Part shown: one piece after another, positions 43,276-53,846 of the stretch | How positions within the stretch are numbered: the stretch's first letter is position 1 | How the letters are laid out: every line of letters starts with the position of its first letter | From: an uncultured Rhabdochlamydiaceae bacterium | GTDB taxonomy: Bacteria > Chlamydiota > Chlamydiia > Chlamydiales > Rhabdochlamydiaceae | DNA length: 64,000 nt | Assembly (NCBI GenBank): GCA_963712275.1 | Contig: CAVQHD010000001.1 | Span: 544,001 to 608,000 of the forward strand | Direction of reading: 5' to 3' | The notes under the pieces: model-generated | Database searches by the model: none | Told to the model about the DNA's origin: nothing | What the model saw: only the letters and a program-made list of their open reading frames with translations | Program-made: the position numbers and the translations under genes

Positions 43276-45120
43276 TTAAACCCCCTTCCTTGATGATCGA
43301 AGAGTTACCCATCCAAGGCCGAGAGCAAGAAGGAGAAAGAGGGCGATGCCAAGGGAGTCTGGCAGGAGAGGTTCGGCGTCGATGTCAATCCATCCGACAA
43401 CGGAGAGAAAGGCGATGATGACTCCCATGCAGGCATCGCCGGCAACGAGGCCCGACGAGGTTAAAATGCCCCGCTCCAAAGTCTCTTTTTCAGAGGTTCT
43501 TTTCTTTACAAAGAGAGAAACAATCCCTCCAAGCATCATGGGGGTGCTTAAAGAGAGGGGGAGGTAGAGGCCAAGGGCAAATGGCAGAATGGGAATTTTC
43601 AGCATTTCAAGAAGAAAGGCGACCACAACTCCAATTGAGACGAGCGTGAATGGAATGTTTCCCTCAATGACTCCTTGCGCAACGAGCGCCATCATGGTGC
43701 CTTGAGGCGCGGGGAGGGTTTTGGAGCCAAACCCATAGGTTTGACTGAGAAGAAAAACAGTTGCTCCAATGGCAATTGCTGGAAGAAAGACGCCGATGAT
43801 TTCAGCAAGCTGTTGGGTGCGAGGGGTAGCTCCGACAATGTATCCTGTTTTTAAATCTTGAGAGGTGGTCGATGCAAGACAAATCGCAACGTTAGCCACA
43901 ATAGCCATCGTGAGCGCTGCAATTAAATAAAATCTCTCTGTCCAGCCGAGAGCGACAAAAATAAGGCATGTGATGAGAAGCGTTGTAATTGTCATTCCCG
44001 AGACGGGATTTGAGGTGCTTCCGACGATTCCAACGGTGAGGGAGGTGACTGCCACAAAGAAAAAGCCTAGAATAACAAGAAGAAGAATGGTGAGCAGGTT
44101 CATGGGAATCCCTGGAAGGAGCCAGAGCGTTAGGATGATGGCAAGAGATCCGAGGACAAGCCACCGCAGAGAGATGTCTTTATCTGTGCGTATGATGTCG
44201 GGGGTCAAGGAGATTTGAAAGAGTTCTTTGAAGCCATGGTGGATTGTTTTCCAAATGAGAGGGGCGACGTTGAGTAAACTGAGAATGCCTCCGGTGGCAA
44301 CGGCTCCTGCTCCAATGTACCGAATATAACTGGACCAGACGTCATCTGCAGACATTTGACTCACTGGAATGGAGGCAGGGTAGATGGCTTCGAGAGAAGT
44401 ATCAAACATTTTGATTAGAGGGATGAGAACCCACCATCCAAAAGCGCCTCCTGCAAAAATAATGGACGAAATACGGGTTCCAATAATATAGCCGACTCCC
44501 AAAAGGGCAGGTGTCGCATCTAGGCTGAATTCAGTTTTCTGAAACTGCGGGATTACCCAGCTAAATGTTTCACGAAAAAAGTGGATTCCATTGGATAAAA
44601 ATTTATAAACTGCTCCAACCCCAATTCCTAACATAGCCATGAGAGCGCCTGAGCCACGCGATTCGCCTGATTTTAAAATTTCTGCGCAGGCGGTTCCTTC
44701 GGGGAAAGGAAGCTTTCCATGCTCTTTGACGATGATATAACGTCTCATGGGGATCATGAAAAGGACTCCTAAAATCCCTCCAAGGCTTGAGAGAATAAAA
44801 ATCCGAAAAAGGGAAATCGTCTCTCCCAAAAGAAAGAGAGCCGGTACTGTAAAAATCACTCCGGCAGCAAGTCCTTCTCCGACCGATGCAATTGTCTGTA
44901 CCAGATTGTTCTCTAAAATGGTGACACGCCGAAAGAAGGTTCGAAGAATGGCCATCGAAAGAACAGCAGCAGGAATGGAGGCGGAGACGGTTGTTCCAAC
45001 CTTCAATCCTAAATAAGCGTTTCCGACGCCAAAGACAAGGCCGAGGATAAGTCCTAGAATTACAGCCCTGACAGAAAACTCTGATAATTTTGAACTAGCT
45101 GACACATAGGGTTTAAACAT
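43276..45120 (-). CDS. OPT family oligopeptide transporter
   Basis: NAYLGLKVG, LENNLVQT, LPFPEGTACAE, QDLKTG, LPAPQG. Confidence 0.92.
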   Translation of the reverse strand: MFKPYVSASSKLSEFSVRAVILGLILGLVFGVGNAYLGLKVGTTVSASIPAAVLSMAILRTFFRRVTILENNLVQTIASVGEGLAAGVIFTVPALFLLGETISLFRIFILSSLGGILGVLFMIPMRRYIIVKEHGKLPFPEGTACAEILKSGESRGSGALMAMLGIGVGAVYKFLSNGIHFFRETFSWVIPQFQKTEFSLDATPALLGVGYIIGTRISSIIFAGGAFGWWVLIPLIKMFDTSLEAIYPASIPVSQMSADDVWSSYIRYIGAGAVATGGILSLLNVAPLIWKTIHHGFKELFQISLTPDIIRTDKDISLRWLVLGSLAIILTLWLLPGIPMNLLTILLLVILGFFFVAVTSLTVGIVGSTSNPVSGMTITTLLITCLIFVALGWTERFYLIAALTMAIVANVAICLASTTSQDLKTGYIVGATPRTQQLAEIIGVFLPAIAIGATVFLLSQTYGFGSKTLPAPQGTMMALVAQGVIEGNIPFTLVSIGVVVAFLLEMLKIPILPFALGLYLPLSLSTPMMLGGIVSLFVKKRTSEKETLERGILTSSGLVAGDACMGVIIAFLSVVGWIDIDAEPLLPDSLGIALFLLLALGLGWVTLRSSRKGV

Positions 45121-45233
45121 AAGATCCTTTTTTAAATCTGGTAAAAGATTGCCGATTTTTTTATCTACAATTAAATTTTTTTGTTTACAATTCCTTCATT
45201 GAGGGAATCCATCCATCAAGGTATAATGATGCT

Positions 45234-46658
45234 ATGACGGTCGAGCACATAGATTATAAATACGGTTTTACAACCGAGATTGAAACAGAGTCGATTCCAA
45301 AAGGGCTTTCAGAGGAGACGGTTCGTTTAATTTCAGAGAAGAAAAAAGAACCCTTTTTTCTACTAGAGTTTCGGTTAAAAGCCTACCACCGATGGAAGGA
45401 GATGTCGCCTCCAACATGGGGACATGTCTCCTTTCCTCCGATTGACTATCAAAATATTTGTTATTATTCTGCTCCGAAAAAGAAACAGCAGCTCAGCAGT
45501 TTAGCTGAAGTCGACCCGGAGCTTCTTAGGACATTTGAGAGGCTGGGGGTTCCGCTCGACGAACAGAAGAGGCTGACGAATGTGGCTGTCGACGTAGTCT
45601 TTGATTCGGTCTCCTTAGGAACTACATTTCAAAACGAGCTGAAGAAAGCAGGAGTTGTGCTCTCTTCGATTTCAGAAGCCGTTGAAAGTTACCCCGAATT
45701 GATTGAGAAGTACTTAGGGAGCGTTGTTCCGATCGGAGATAATTATTACGCAGCGTTGAACTCCGCGGTTTTTTCCGATGGATCGTTTGTTTATGTTCCG
45801 AAGGGAGTTCGATGTCCAATGGAGCTTTCAACCTATTTTCGAATTAATGATAAAGAGACGGGCCAGTTTGAACGAACTTTGGTCATCGCAGAAGAGGGGT
45901 CGTACGTTAGCTATCTGGAGGGGTGCACAGCTCCAGCCTATGATAAAAACCAGCTCCATGCGGCAATAGTCGAGCTGATTGCTCTAGATCATGCCGAAAT
46001 CAAATATTCAACGGTTCAAAATTGGTATTCTGGCGACCCTAAAACGGGGGCAGGGGGAATTTATAACTTTGTAACGAAGAGGGGGCGGTGTGCAGGCCGC
46101 CGTTCCAAAATCTGTTGGACGCAAGTTGAGGCAGGCGCTGCGATTACGTGGAAATATCCGAGCTGTATCTTGCAAGGAGACGATTCTGTAGGGGAGTTTT
46201 ACTCGGTGGCATTAACAAGTGGAAAAATGCAGGCTGACACGGGAACAAAGATGATTCATCTGGGGAAGCGGACCCGTTCGACGATTATTTCTAAGGGTAT
46301 TTCCGCTGACCAGTCACATAACTCTTACCGAGGTCTTGTTAAAATGGCTCCTCGTGCAGAATCAGCTCGTAATTATACTCAATGCGATTCGATGCTCGTT
46401 GGAAATCAGTGCTCTGCAAATACCTTTCCATCGATTGAAGTCGCGCACGCTTCAGCTCGGGTTGAGCATGAGGCGTCGACATCGAAGATGAGCGAAGAGC
46501 AGCTCAATTACCTTCGGTCTCGAGGGATTTCTCTCGAAGATGCGATCAACCTTGTGGTGAGTGGTTTTTGCAAAGATGTCTTTTGCAAGCTGCCGCTCGA
46601 ATTTGCAGTCGAGGCGCAAAAGCTGCTCGGTATGAAACTTGAAAAATCGGTGGGTTAA
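45234..46658 (+). CDS. sufB: Fe-S cluster assembly protein SufB
   Basis: [40 protein letters not shown]. Confidence 0.97.
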   Translation: MTVEHIDYKYGFTTEIETESIPKGLSEETVRLISEKKKEPFFLLEFRLKAYHRWKEMSPPTWGHVSFPPIDYQNICYYSAPKKKQQLSSLAEVDPELLRTFERLGVPLDEQKRLTNVAVDVVFDSVSLGTTFQNELKKAGVVLSSISEAVESYPELIEKYLGSVVPIGDNYYAALNSAVFSDGSFVYVPKGVRCPMELSTYFRINDKETGQFERTLVIAEEGSYVSYLEGCTAPAYDKNQLHAAIVELIALDHAEIKYSTVQNWYSGDPKTGAGGIYNFVTKRGRCAGRRSKICWTQVEAGAAITWKYPSCILQGDDSVGEFYSVALTSGKMQADTGTKMIHLGKRTRSTIISKGISADQSHNSYRGLVKMAPRAESARNYTQCDSMLVGNQCSANTFPSIEVAHASARVEHEASTSKMSEEQLNYLRSRGISLEDAINLVVSGFCKDVFCKLPLEFAVEAQKLLGMKLEKSVG

Positions 46659-46661
46659 ACA

Positions 46662-47384
46662 ATGTTAGAGATTCGGGATTTAGAGGTCAGTATCGACGGC
46701 AAGCCGATCTTAAAGCGGTTTTCGCTTAAGATTTTACCTGGAGAAGTACATGCGATCATGGGCCCTAACGGAGCTGGAAAATCGACTCTTGCCCAAGTTT
46801 TAGTCGGCCATCCGAGTTATGAGGTGGTGGGAGGAGAGATTTGGTTTCAGGGGCAAAATATTGTTTCGATGGAGCCTGAAGAGAGGGCTAGAATGGGGCT
46901 TTTTTTGAGCTTTCAATACCCTGCTGAAATTCCGGGCCTCACTAATTTTCAATTTCTTCATGCCGCTTATCAAGCTTGTAAGGGGGCGATTTCGGAGGAG
47001 CAGTTTGAAATGATCCTTCAGCAAAAAATGGAGCTTGTCAATGTCCGCCCAGAATTTAAAACACGACCTCTCAATGAAGGGTTCTCTGGAGGGGAAAAGA
47101 AAAAAAATGAACTTCTTCAGATGGCTGTTTTAGAGCCTAAACTTGCGATCTTAGATGAGATTGACTCAGGGCTTGATATTGATGCGATGAAAGATGTGTC
47201 GCAAGGGGTTAAGGCCCTTTTAAACAAAGATCGAGCTGTTTTGATTGTGACGCACTATCAACGTCTTCTCGATTATCTTGTTCCTGACTACGTTCACATT
47301 GTTGTGGATGGACAAATTGTCAAAACAGGCTCTGCACAGCTAGCCCAAGAATTAGAAAAACAAGGGTACAATGTCTACAGCTGA
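46662..47384 (+). CDS. sufC: Fe-S cluster assembly ATPase SufC
   Basis: MGPNGAGKSTL, FQYP, NEGFSGGEKK, DSGLDID. Confidence 0.97.
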   Translation: MLEIRDLEVSIDGKPILKRFSLKILPGEVHAIMGPNGAGKSTLAQVLVGHPSYEVVGGEIWFQGQNIVSMEPEERARMGLFLSFQYPAEIPGLTNFQFLHAAYQACKGAISEEQFEMILQQKMELVNVRPEFKTRPLNEGFSGGEKKKNELLQMAVLEPKLAILDEIDSGLDIDAMKDVSQGVKALLNKDRAVLIVTHYQRLLDYLVPDYVHIVVDGQIVKTGSAQLAQELEKQGYNVYS

Positions 47385-48618
47385 TACTCTTGAGTCCCCT
47401 TTTTTTACGTCAGCCCAAGGGATTTTTTCTTCACAGAAGCACGTCAATCTTTTGCAGGGAAAAGCGTGGGATCGATTTTTAGAGCTGGGGCTTCCAGAAA
47501 AATCATCGGAGCTTTTTAAATATTTTCCTTTGAGAAAATTATACGACTTGCGGCTGACCCTTCCAGCTATCCTGCGGCCACCCAAAGAAGCAATTGAGAC
47601 GCATATTCTTCCAGAAGCAAAAGAAAGCTATCTCGTCTTTGTGGGAGGGCGGTTTTCTCCGGAGCTCTCAAAGCTCCCTTCTAGACTTGTGGCACTTCCT
47701 CTTCAAGAGGCGGTCAAAACTTATGGGCCGTTTCTTCAGCATCGACTCAATAAAAGCATTAAGGAGGAGAAAGACTCTTTTTCTCTCCTCAATCTAGCCC
47801 TCCAAGAAGAGGGGCTTTTCTGTTATCTGCCACCAAAGGTCAAGCTTGAGGCGCCTCTTCAAATCCTTTATTATGGAGAGGGAAGCGAATCTTACCACCC
47901 TGCTCGTTTACACCTTTTTTGTTCAGCAGAGTCTGAGTTGAAATCGATTTCTACGGTGGTGGGAGATGGAATTCATCATCTTGCGATGGATGGCGCCATT
48001 GAAGAAAAAGGGTCTTGGTCTCACATCGACATCTCTATCGATGGGTCAGGGGTGTGTCTGAGTGATTTTAAGGTGACGCTTAAAGAGGCGAGCTCTCTCA
48101 ATTATTTGGCTATTACAACCAGTTCTCGTCTTACAAGAAATCGATTAAGAGTGTCTCTCATGGGTGAGAGGGCAAATGTGCTTCTTCAGGGATTTTGGCA
48201 TCTTTACGGAAGTTGTCAAAGCCATACGCATGTCCATGTGGAGCACGCAGCTCCTTTGACAACATCACTCCAAAAATTTAAAGGGATTTTAGAAGGGCAG
48301 TCTCAGTCGAGCTTTGCAGGAAAAATTTATATCCATCCCGAAGCGCAAAAAACAGAGGCGTACCAGCTGAATCATAATCTTCTCTTAAGCGAAGGGGCAC
48401 TGGCAAATGCAAGGCCTAACCTTGAAATTTTTGCAGACGATGTCAAAGCCTCTCACGGAGCAACGGTATCGCGGGTGGATGAACAGCAACTTTTTTACCT
48501 CTTAAGCCGAGGGATTACGAGGGCAGCTGCAAAGGAGCTGCTTGTGCGTGGTTTTATTCAAGAGGTTTTAGATCAAATCCCCTACCCCAGCTTGCTACGA
48601 TTGTATGAGCCTATTTAA
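47371..48618 (+). CDS. sufD: Fe-S cluster assembly protein SufD
   Basis: AQKTEAYQ, PNLEIFADDVKASHGAT, FYLLSRGI. Confidence 0.93.
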   Translation: MSTADTLESPFFTSAQGIFSSQKHVNLLQGKAWDRFLELGLPEKSSELFKYFPLRKLYDLRLTLPAILRPPKEAIETHILPEAKESYLVFVGGRFSPELSKLPSRLVALPLQEAVKTYGPFLQHRLNKSIKEEKDSFSLLNLALQEEGLFCYLPPKVKLEAPLQILYYGEGSESYHPARLHLFCSAESELKSISTVVGDGIHHLAMDGAIEEKGSWSHIDISIDGSGVCLSDFKVTLKEASSLNYLAITTSSRLTRNRLRVSLMGERANVLLQGFWHLYGSCQSHTHVHVEHAAPLTTSLQKFKGILEGQSQSSFAGKIYIHPEAQKTEAYQLNHNLLLSEGALANARPNLEIFADDVKASHGATVSRVDEQQLFYLLSRGITRAAAKELLVRGFIQEVLDQIPYPSLLRLYEPI

Positions 48619-49987
48619 GCGAACTGATTTTCCGATGCTAAGCAAAAGGGTCCATGGCAAGCCGCTCGTTTATCTCGATTCGGCAGCGACCTCTTTAAAG
48701 CCAAACTGTGTCATTGATGCAATGACGCAGTTTTATCAAACTTCTTATGGAACAGTCCATCGGGCAGCCTATGCGCTCTCTTCTGAAGCGACCGCCCGCT
48801 ATCAAGGTGTGCGAGAAAAAATCCAGCGGTTTATCAACGCTTCTTTGCCCGAGGAAGTTGTTTTTACACGTGGAACAACGGAAGGGATCAATTTAATCGC
48901 GCGAAGTTATGGAGATGCCTTTCTAAAGCCAGGTGATGAGATCCTTATTTCGGGTCAAGAGCACCATTCTAACATTGTGCCGTGGCAGCTGCTCTCCTCA
49001 CGCACGGGGGCGTATCTCAAGGTGATTCCGCTCCATCCAGACGGGCAAATTGATTTAGAGCGGTTTCACGACCTTTTGAGTGAAAGGACACGGCTCGTCT
49101 CAGTCGCACAGATTTCGAATGTCTTAGGAATTCATAATCCTTTGCAAGAGATCATTTCTGCAGCCCACCGTATCGGGGCAAAAGTGGTTGTCGATGCCGC
49201 TCAAAGCGCCCCTCATGTTCCTTTAGATGTCCAGGCGCTTGACCCCGATTTTTTAGTCTTTTCTTCCCATAAGCTTTATGGGCCGACAGGAGTCGGAGTG
49301 CTCTTTGGAAAGAAAGAGATTTTACGTCAGATGCCTCCCTATCAAGGTGGAGGAGATATGATCCAAACAGTCACCTTTGAAAAGACCACCTACCAAGACC
49401 CGCCGCTCCGATTTGAAGCGGGGACTCCGATGATTGCAGAAGTGATTGGCCTTGGAGCTGCAATTGATTATTTACAGACTTATGAGCCAGTTGCAAAACT
49501 CCAATTTGGGGCCAAATCCGCGCTTTTGCCGCTGGATTCCTTTTCTCCGCAAATCGCCTACTCTGAGTCGAGTATGTCAATTTGCGGAGAAAAGGACCCA
49601 GCGGCAAATTCATCGAATTTGGCCTCCAAAGCGAGTTTTGCAACTGGCTCTTATGGCGCTATTCAAGAGTATGAGCATCAGCTGATGCAGCTGGCCCTGC
49701 AATCGCTTCCAGCTGAAGTGAGCGTTCTAGGCCCTCGTGAGGGACGCTGTTCTTTAGTGACGTTTCAGGTGCCAGGAATTCATCCGCTTGACCTTGCGAC
49801 TCTACTCGATCTTCAAGGGATTGCCGTTCGGTCAGGGCACCTCTGTGCTCAACCGCTTCTTCGTCACTTTGGCCAGGTAGCGGCGGTCCGCTTCTCCCTT
49901 GCGCCTTATAATACACCAGATGAAGTTGTTTATTTTTGTGAAATACTCAAAAACTCGATTCTCAAATTTATAATGCCCAGGCTTTAG
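48605..49987 (+). CDS. sufS: Cysteine desulfurase SufS carrying a 57-aa MITE-derived insertion
   Basis: YLDSAAT, EHHSN, SSHKLYGPTG, RFEAGT, RSGHLCA. Confidence 0.95.
   Translation: MSLFKRTDFPMLSKRVHGKPLVYLDSAATSLKPNCVIDAMTQFYQTSYGTVHRAAYALSSEATARYQGVREKIQRFINASLPEEVVFTRGTTEGINLIARSYGDAFLKPGDEILISGQEHHSNIVPWQLLSSRTGAYLKVIPLHPDGQIDLERFHDLLSERTRLVSVAQISNVLGIHNPLQEIISAAHRIGAKVVVDAAQSAPHVPLDVQALDPDFLVFSSHKLYGPTGVGVLFGKKEILRQMPPYQGGGDMIQTVTFEKTTYQDPPLRFEAGTPMIAEVIGLGAAIDYLQTYEPVAKLQFGAKSALLPLDSFSPQIAYSESSMSICGEKDPAANSSNLASKASFATGSYGAIQEYEHQLMQLALQSLPAEVSVLGPREGRCSLVTFQVPGIHPLDLATLLDLQGIAVRSGHLCAQPLLRHFGQVAAVRFSLAPYNTPDEVVYFCEILKNSILKFIMPRL
49484..49650. mobile_element. MITE, 167 bp, 18-bp TIR, TTAT duplication, in frame within sufS
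   Basis: ttat|GAGCCAGTTGCAAAACTC...GAGTTTTGCAACTGGCTC|ttat; 167+4=171 nt. Confidence 0.92.
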
Positions 49988-50004
49988 AGCCTCTAAAGCC
50001 TGGG
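49976..50004. terminator. Hairpin between convergent sufS and porin genes
   Basis: CCCAGGCTTTAGAG-C-CTCTAAAGCCTGGG. Confidence 0.6.
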
Positions 50005-50018
50005 ACATTCAAGAATGA

Positions 50019-51134
50019 TTAGAAATCAAATCGAGCTTGGAAGGTCACACCGCTCAGTGCAATATCCCCTTGGTTAAAGGTATACTTGCCTTGAACTTGG
50101 CTATCCACAAAGTTGAGATCTTTGTCAAACCCGGAGAGCATATGCTGTTCCCAGCCGAGTTGGAGTCGGATCCGGTAGACGTCGTTGTAAAAAAGATGGT
50201 CCCAACGAAGCCCTAAACCAAGATCTGTCATGGTTCGAACAATAGTCCAAACATCTTGAGCATGAGCAAACCGTGTTGAGTTTCCATTAGGATCAACGGA
50301 ATCTTGAGCTTCATGAAGACGTTGTTTCCCATAAATGAGAGAGATCGCACCTTGTCCGTAAATACTCCATCCCCAGCCAAGGCCCCATTGAGAATCGAGT
50401 CCTGCGCGAAGGCCTCCGCCTCGGAAGCGGTTATTAAATTTCTCTTTGAGCGTTGGCGTATTGACTAAAGCACCGGTACCGAGGGTTCCACCTTGATACT
50501 TGACTGTCATATTACGATGAGCCCATAGTCCTCGAACGCCCATGAAAGGACGAAGAGTAAGCCATTTGCTCACAAAGAATTCGCGGCCCATTTCAAAATC
50601 GAGATAGTCGAACTTAAGATGTGTGCGTCCTTTTGCACGAGCAACAAGGGCAGATGCAACTGCGACATTATTTGTGGGATTTGTCCAGGTTTGAATAATG
50701 GATTCAGGAGCTTCAGGATTGGAAGATTGATCTTCATTAGACCGGAACCAACTATAGTTCAAGAGCATATCCCAGCCGTCGTGCGGTAGGTTATAGCCGA
50801 TCCCTGCGCGCCATCCCCAACTCCAGTCGTAGGAGATGTTTTTTACTTTTCCATCAAAAAATGAGCTGTTTTCTTGTTTGATTCCGTAGCTCACCCCATC
50901 TTCTGTGGCATGCATGTAAAGAACATCGGCTTGCAGCCAAAGGTCAATGCCATCTTTGACAACAGGACGTGCAGGTGGGTTGATCATTCCATTTGCACCG
51001 CGGCGTTGTTCTAAAGCGCTGACACGGTTTTCAAGGTTGCGGACTTGCATGTCATCTACAGCGGACAAAGCAGAGGTCAAGCCAACCAGTGACATTGCCA
51101 ACAAGGGCAATATTTTATTGAGTTTATTAGTCAT
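50019..51134 (-). CDS. MOMP-like / Lpg1974-type outer membrane beta-barrel protein
   Basis: Signal peptide, short coiled coil, WGWRAGIGY..HDGWD, LRPFMG, GWE, C-terminal ARFDF. Confidence 0.8.
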   Translation of the reverse strand: MTNKLNKILPLLAMSLVGLTSALSAVDDMQVRNLENRVSALEQRRGANGMINPPARPVVKDGIDLWLQADVLYMHATEDGVSYGIKQENSSFFDGKVKNISYDWSWGWRAGIGYNLPHDGWDMLLNYSWFRSNEDQSSNPEAPESIIQTWTNPTNNVAVASALVARAKGRTHLKFDYLDFEMGREFFVSKWLTLRPFMGVRGLWAHRNMTVKYQGGTLGTGALVNTPTLKEKFNNRFRGGGLRAGLDSQWGLGWGWSIYGQGAISLIYGKQRLHEAQDSVDPNGNSTRFAHAQDVWTIVRTMTDLGLGLRWDHLFYNDVYRIRLQLGWEQHMLSGFDKDLNFVDSQVQGKYTFNQGDIALSGVTFQARFDF

Positions 51135-51510
51135 TGAGATCCCCCTGGGTTTGGATCGTTTTCGGTTCATTTTGTCACTTCTCTCTTCTCAGAAAGAAGC
51201 AGCGGAAGTTAAACATATCAATTCAACGTCGACGTGAAGCTGTGCGAGTTGATACGGTTCAATCTACGAATAAAATCCATTTCACGTCAAACAAAATCAG
51301 TGCAGTAGATGTTTTCAGCCTTTCGAGGGAGTTTTGCGAACTCTCTTATAAATATCTTCTAAGAACACAGAGAAAAAATTATCGGCGCTGGAATATAAAT
51401 GATCGATAAACGATAATTTCGTTTGTCTGCGAGGCTCTTTCTCACATATCTGGTATGTGAATGTGAGAGCCGCGCAGCCTTTAAATTATTCGGACTTGAA
51501 GGACACGGCT

Positions 51511-51873
51511 ATGTTTGTACTAACGATGGATTCCTTTTCAATATCGATTGCTTTCATCGCTTTTGCAAGCGCTGCCTTAGGATTCGTGTGTTATTCAATT
51601 CTAAAAAGCAAATTTCCAGGGAGCGGCTTAAAAATGGTCCAAGATATCTTTAAAGAAACAACCTCTTTTGAAGAGGCGATTAAAGTCCTGCAAGAAGGAA
51701 AGCGTATCAGAAGGAAAACAGAGAGAAAGGGATTTACTCGAATCGTCATTACTGAAGGTAAAAAGAGGGTAGAAAAATACGGCACTTATTGGGTAGGAGA
51801 TAAGGATATTTCCGATAATTGTTCATTTTCTATCGACGATGTGCTGGCTAAAGATTGGGTTATCGATGATTGA
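51511..51873 (+). CDS. Membrane-anchored DUF2829/Tad2-like protein
   Basis: N-terminal TM, then SFEEAIKVLQEGKRIRRK ... FSIDDVLAKDWVI. Confidence 0.55.
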   Translation: MFVLTMDSFSISIAFIAFASAALGFVCYSILKSKFPGSGLKMVQDIFKETTSFEEAIKVLQEGKRIRRKTERKGFTRIVITEGKKRVEKYGTYWVGDKDISDNCSFSIDDVLAKDWVIDD

Positions 51874-52708
51874 AGATCAAAATAGGCGGTTTTTAAGGCG
51901 GATGATTTCTCCGCCGTCCAAGCTAGAGTGGGAAAACCTCTTACGATGGAAGCAGATTGGGTGCTCCAGCAGCGGCTTTGTCTCTCGTTTTGGTGGGCTA
52001 CTGGCAAGCATAGGTCCTCTCACGACTTCATTGTCCCAAATGATCATTCATCTACTGGCAGGACTTTATAGAGGTTTATTAAAGATTCTGAATGGACAAA
52101 TTTTTGAAGTTCTTCCGGAATTAGGCGATGGGCTAGCTAAATCTGGTCGATCAATACTTCAAGTCGTTCTTATTAGTTCCACCGCCATTTTGGGCCTCTT
52201 TTTCCCCAAACTTTATGACCGGCTTCCTGTTTCTCAAACGGACCAGGAGCAAAAGCAAGCGGCTATTGATGAAATCAAAGTTCTTGAACGACTCATCACT
52301 TGCCTCAATCAAATTCAGCTGAGAGTAAGCGATTTTTCGCCAGGGACGCATATGCTCCATATGGCCTATGAAAGTACAATACAAGCTGTCGTAAAAGCGC
52401 ATATTGCAGTTCTTGAATCCATTGCACAGCTCGTGGCAAGTTTAAAAATCCAGCTGGCGGAAGCTCGGGCAAAAACTGAGAACCAAACTCGAAAGCTTGT
52501 CTTTTTGCAAGATCAAAAAGCTTTAACGGAGCAGTCGATTGCGGAGTTAAAAAAACAGCTCACCGAAATTCAACGAGAGGCACGGATCAAAGCAGAGAGT
52601 CAGTCTCAAGCATTACGCTTCCTTCAGTTTCAAAAATCCCAGTCAGATCGAATGATTGCAGAACTAAAAAAGGAACTAGCTGAGTCCCAGCGGCCATCTC
52701 CAAATTAA
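51866..52708 (+). CDS. Hypothetical protein with hydrophobic segments and C-terminal coiled coil
   Basis: Hydrophobic N-half; heptad-rich C-half. Confidence 0.55.
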   Translation: MIEDQNRRFLRRMISPPSKLEWENLLRWKQIGCSSSGFVSRFGGLLASIGPLTTSLSQMIIHLLAGLYRGLLKILNGQIFEVLPELGDGLAKSGRSILQVVLISSTAILGLFFPKLYDRLPVSQTDQEQKQAAIDEIKVLERLITCLNQIQLRVSDFSPGTHMLHMAYESTIQAVVKAHIAVLESIAQLVASLKIQLAEARAKTENQTRKLVFLQDQKALTEQSIAELKKQLTEIQREARIKAESQSQALRFLQFQKSQSDRMIAELKKELAESQRPSPN

Positions 52709-52715
52709 ACACCCT

Positions 52716-53555
52716 CTAAACAGGAATGGAGCGAAGGATTCGGTCGATCGATTGAAGCCACAGCTGGGATTGTGTTGTCAGCTGCTGCAAAATAAAATAC
52801 CATCCTGCCCAAAGAAGCGCAAGGCCTACGAGAGATTTTAGGGACATCCCTAAAAAGGCGATTTGCACTTGTTGAGCGAGGCGGTTTGCAATTCCAAGGA
52901 ACATATCGGCCATCAAGATGGCGACAAGAGATGGAGCTGCCAGCTGAATGGAAATGGCTGTGAATTTGGTGAGAAGTACGATAATGAATTTCCAAAACCC
53001 ATGGTGGATGTTAAAAAATAAGGCGGGCATGAAAACATCTGCCGGAATTGCAGTATACGAATTCATAACAGCCTGAAGAAAGATAAACAATCCTCCAATT
53101 TCATAGAAAAGAACAATAAAGACGTAATTGTAGAGCTGACCGATCGGAGAGACTTGCGTCTGTAGCAGAGGATCAAATACCTGGAGCGAGGATGAGCCTC
53201 TCTGAAAATCGATGAGAACACCTGCAGATTGTGCGATGTAAAAAGGGATATTCACTAAAAAGGCCAGAACAAAACCTATAAAAAGCTCTTTGAGGGCGTA
53301 GGCAATGAATAGGGTATTAAATGTGGGAGTTGGTATTTTTGCCTCTGAGATCACATGGGGGAGAAGGATGGTTGTGAGTGCAATAGCAAGCCCGATTTTG
53401 ACTCCGCTCGGGAGCTTGGATCCTAAAAATGGGGCCAAAGCGACAATAGGAGCAATGCGCATGAGTGTGAGAAAGAAAAGGGTTAAGGCGGAAATTGGAG
53501 TGAGATTGGGCAAGCTTAGGATGAAGCTCACGTAATCTGAGGTATCAACGGTCAT
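52716..53555 (-). CDS. sctT: Type III secretion export apparatus SctT
   Basis: LKELFIG, AGVLIDFQRG, LAAP, FLGIANRLAQQVQI; start uncertain. Confidence 0.92.
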   Translation of the reverse strand: MTVDTSDYVSFILSLPNLTPISALTLFFLTLMRIAPIVALAPFLGSKLPSGVKIGLAIALTTILLPHVISEAKIPTPTFNTLFIAYALKELFIGFVLAFLVNIPFYIAQSAGVLIDFQRGSSSLQVFDPLLQTQVSPIGQLYNYVFIVLFYEIGGLFIFLQAVMNSYTAIPADVFMPALFFNIHHGFWKFIIVLLTKFTAISIQLAAPSLVAILMADMFLGIANRLAQQVQIAFLGMSLKSLVGLALLWAGWYFILQQLTTQSQLWLQSIDRILRSIPV

Positions 53556-53566
53556 GAAAACATCTT

Positions 53567-53836
53567 CTAAGGATTCCATTTGTAAAAGTTTTGGAAGATG
53601 GTTGTCGTGAATTGAAGGATCTGGCTTCCGAGCCATCCTCCCATGAGAAGGAGGGTGAAAATAACGGCAATTAACTTGACGGTAAAGGAGAGCGTTTGCT
53701 CTTGAATTTGGGTGGCGGCTTGAAGCACTGCAACAAAAAGCCCAATAAACATGCTGACCAAAATGGGAGGTCCTGAGAGAAGCAGAATCAGAAGCAGGGC
53801 TTGGTAGGCGAGTTGATAAATTTCAGCTGAAAACAT
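53567..53836 (-). CDS. sctS: Type III secretion export apparatus SctS
   Basis: LQAATQIQEQTLSFTVKL. Confidence 0.95.
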   Translation of the reverse strand: MFSAEIYQLAYQALLLILLLSGPPILVSMFIGLFVAVLQAATQIQEQTLSFTVKLIAVIFTLLLMGGWLGSQILQFTTTIFQNFYKWNP

Positions 53837-53846
53837 TGCCCCTCAT

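Noticed and set aside
49484..49650. Intein or self-splicing intron in sufS
   Set aside because: No C/S...HN termini or intron core; TIRs plus a 4-bp duplication indicate a MITE
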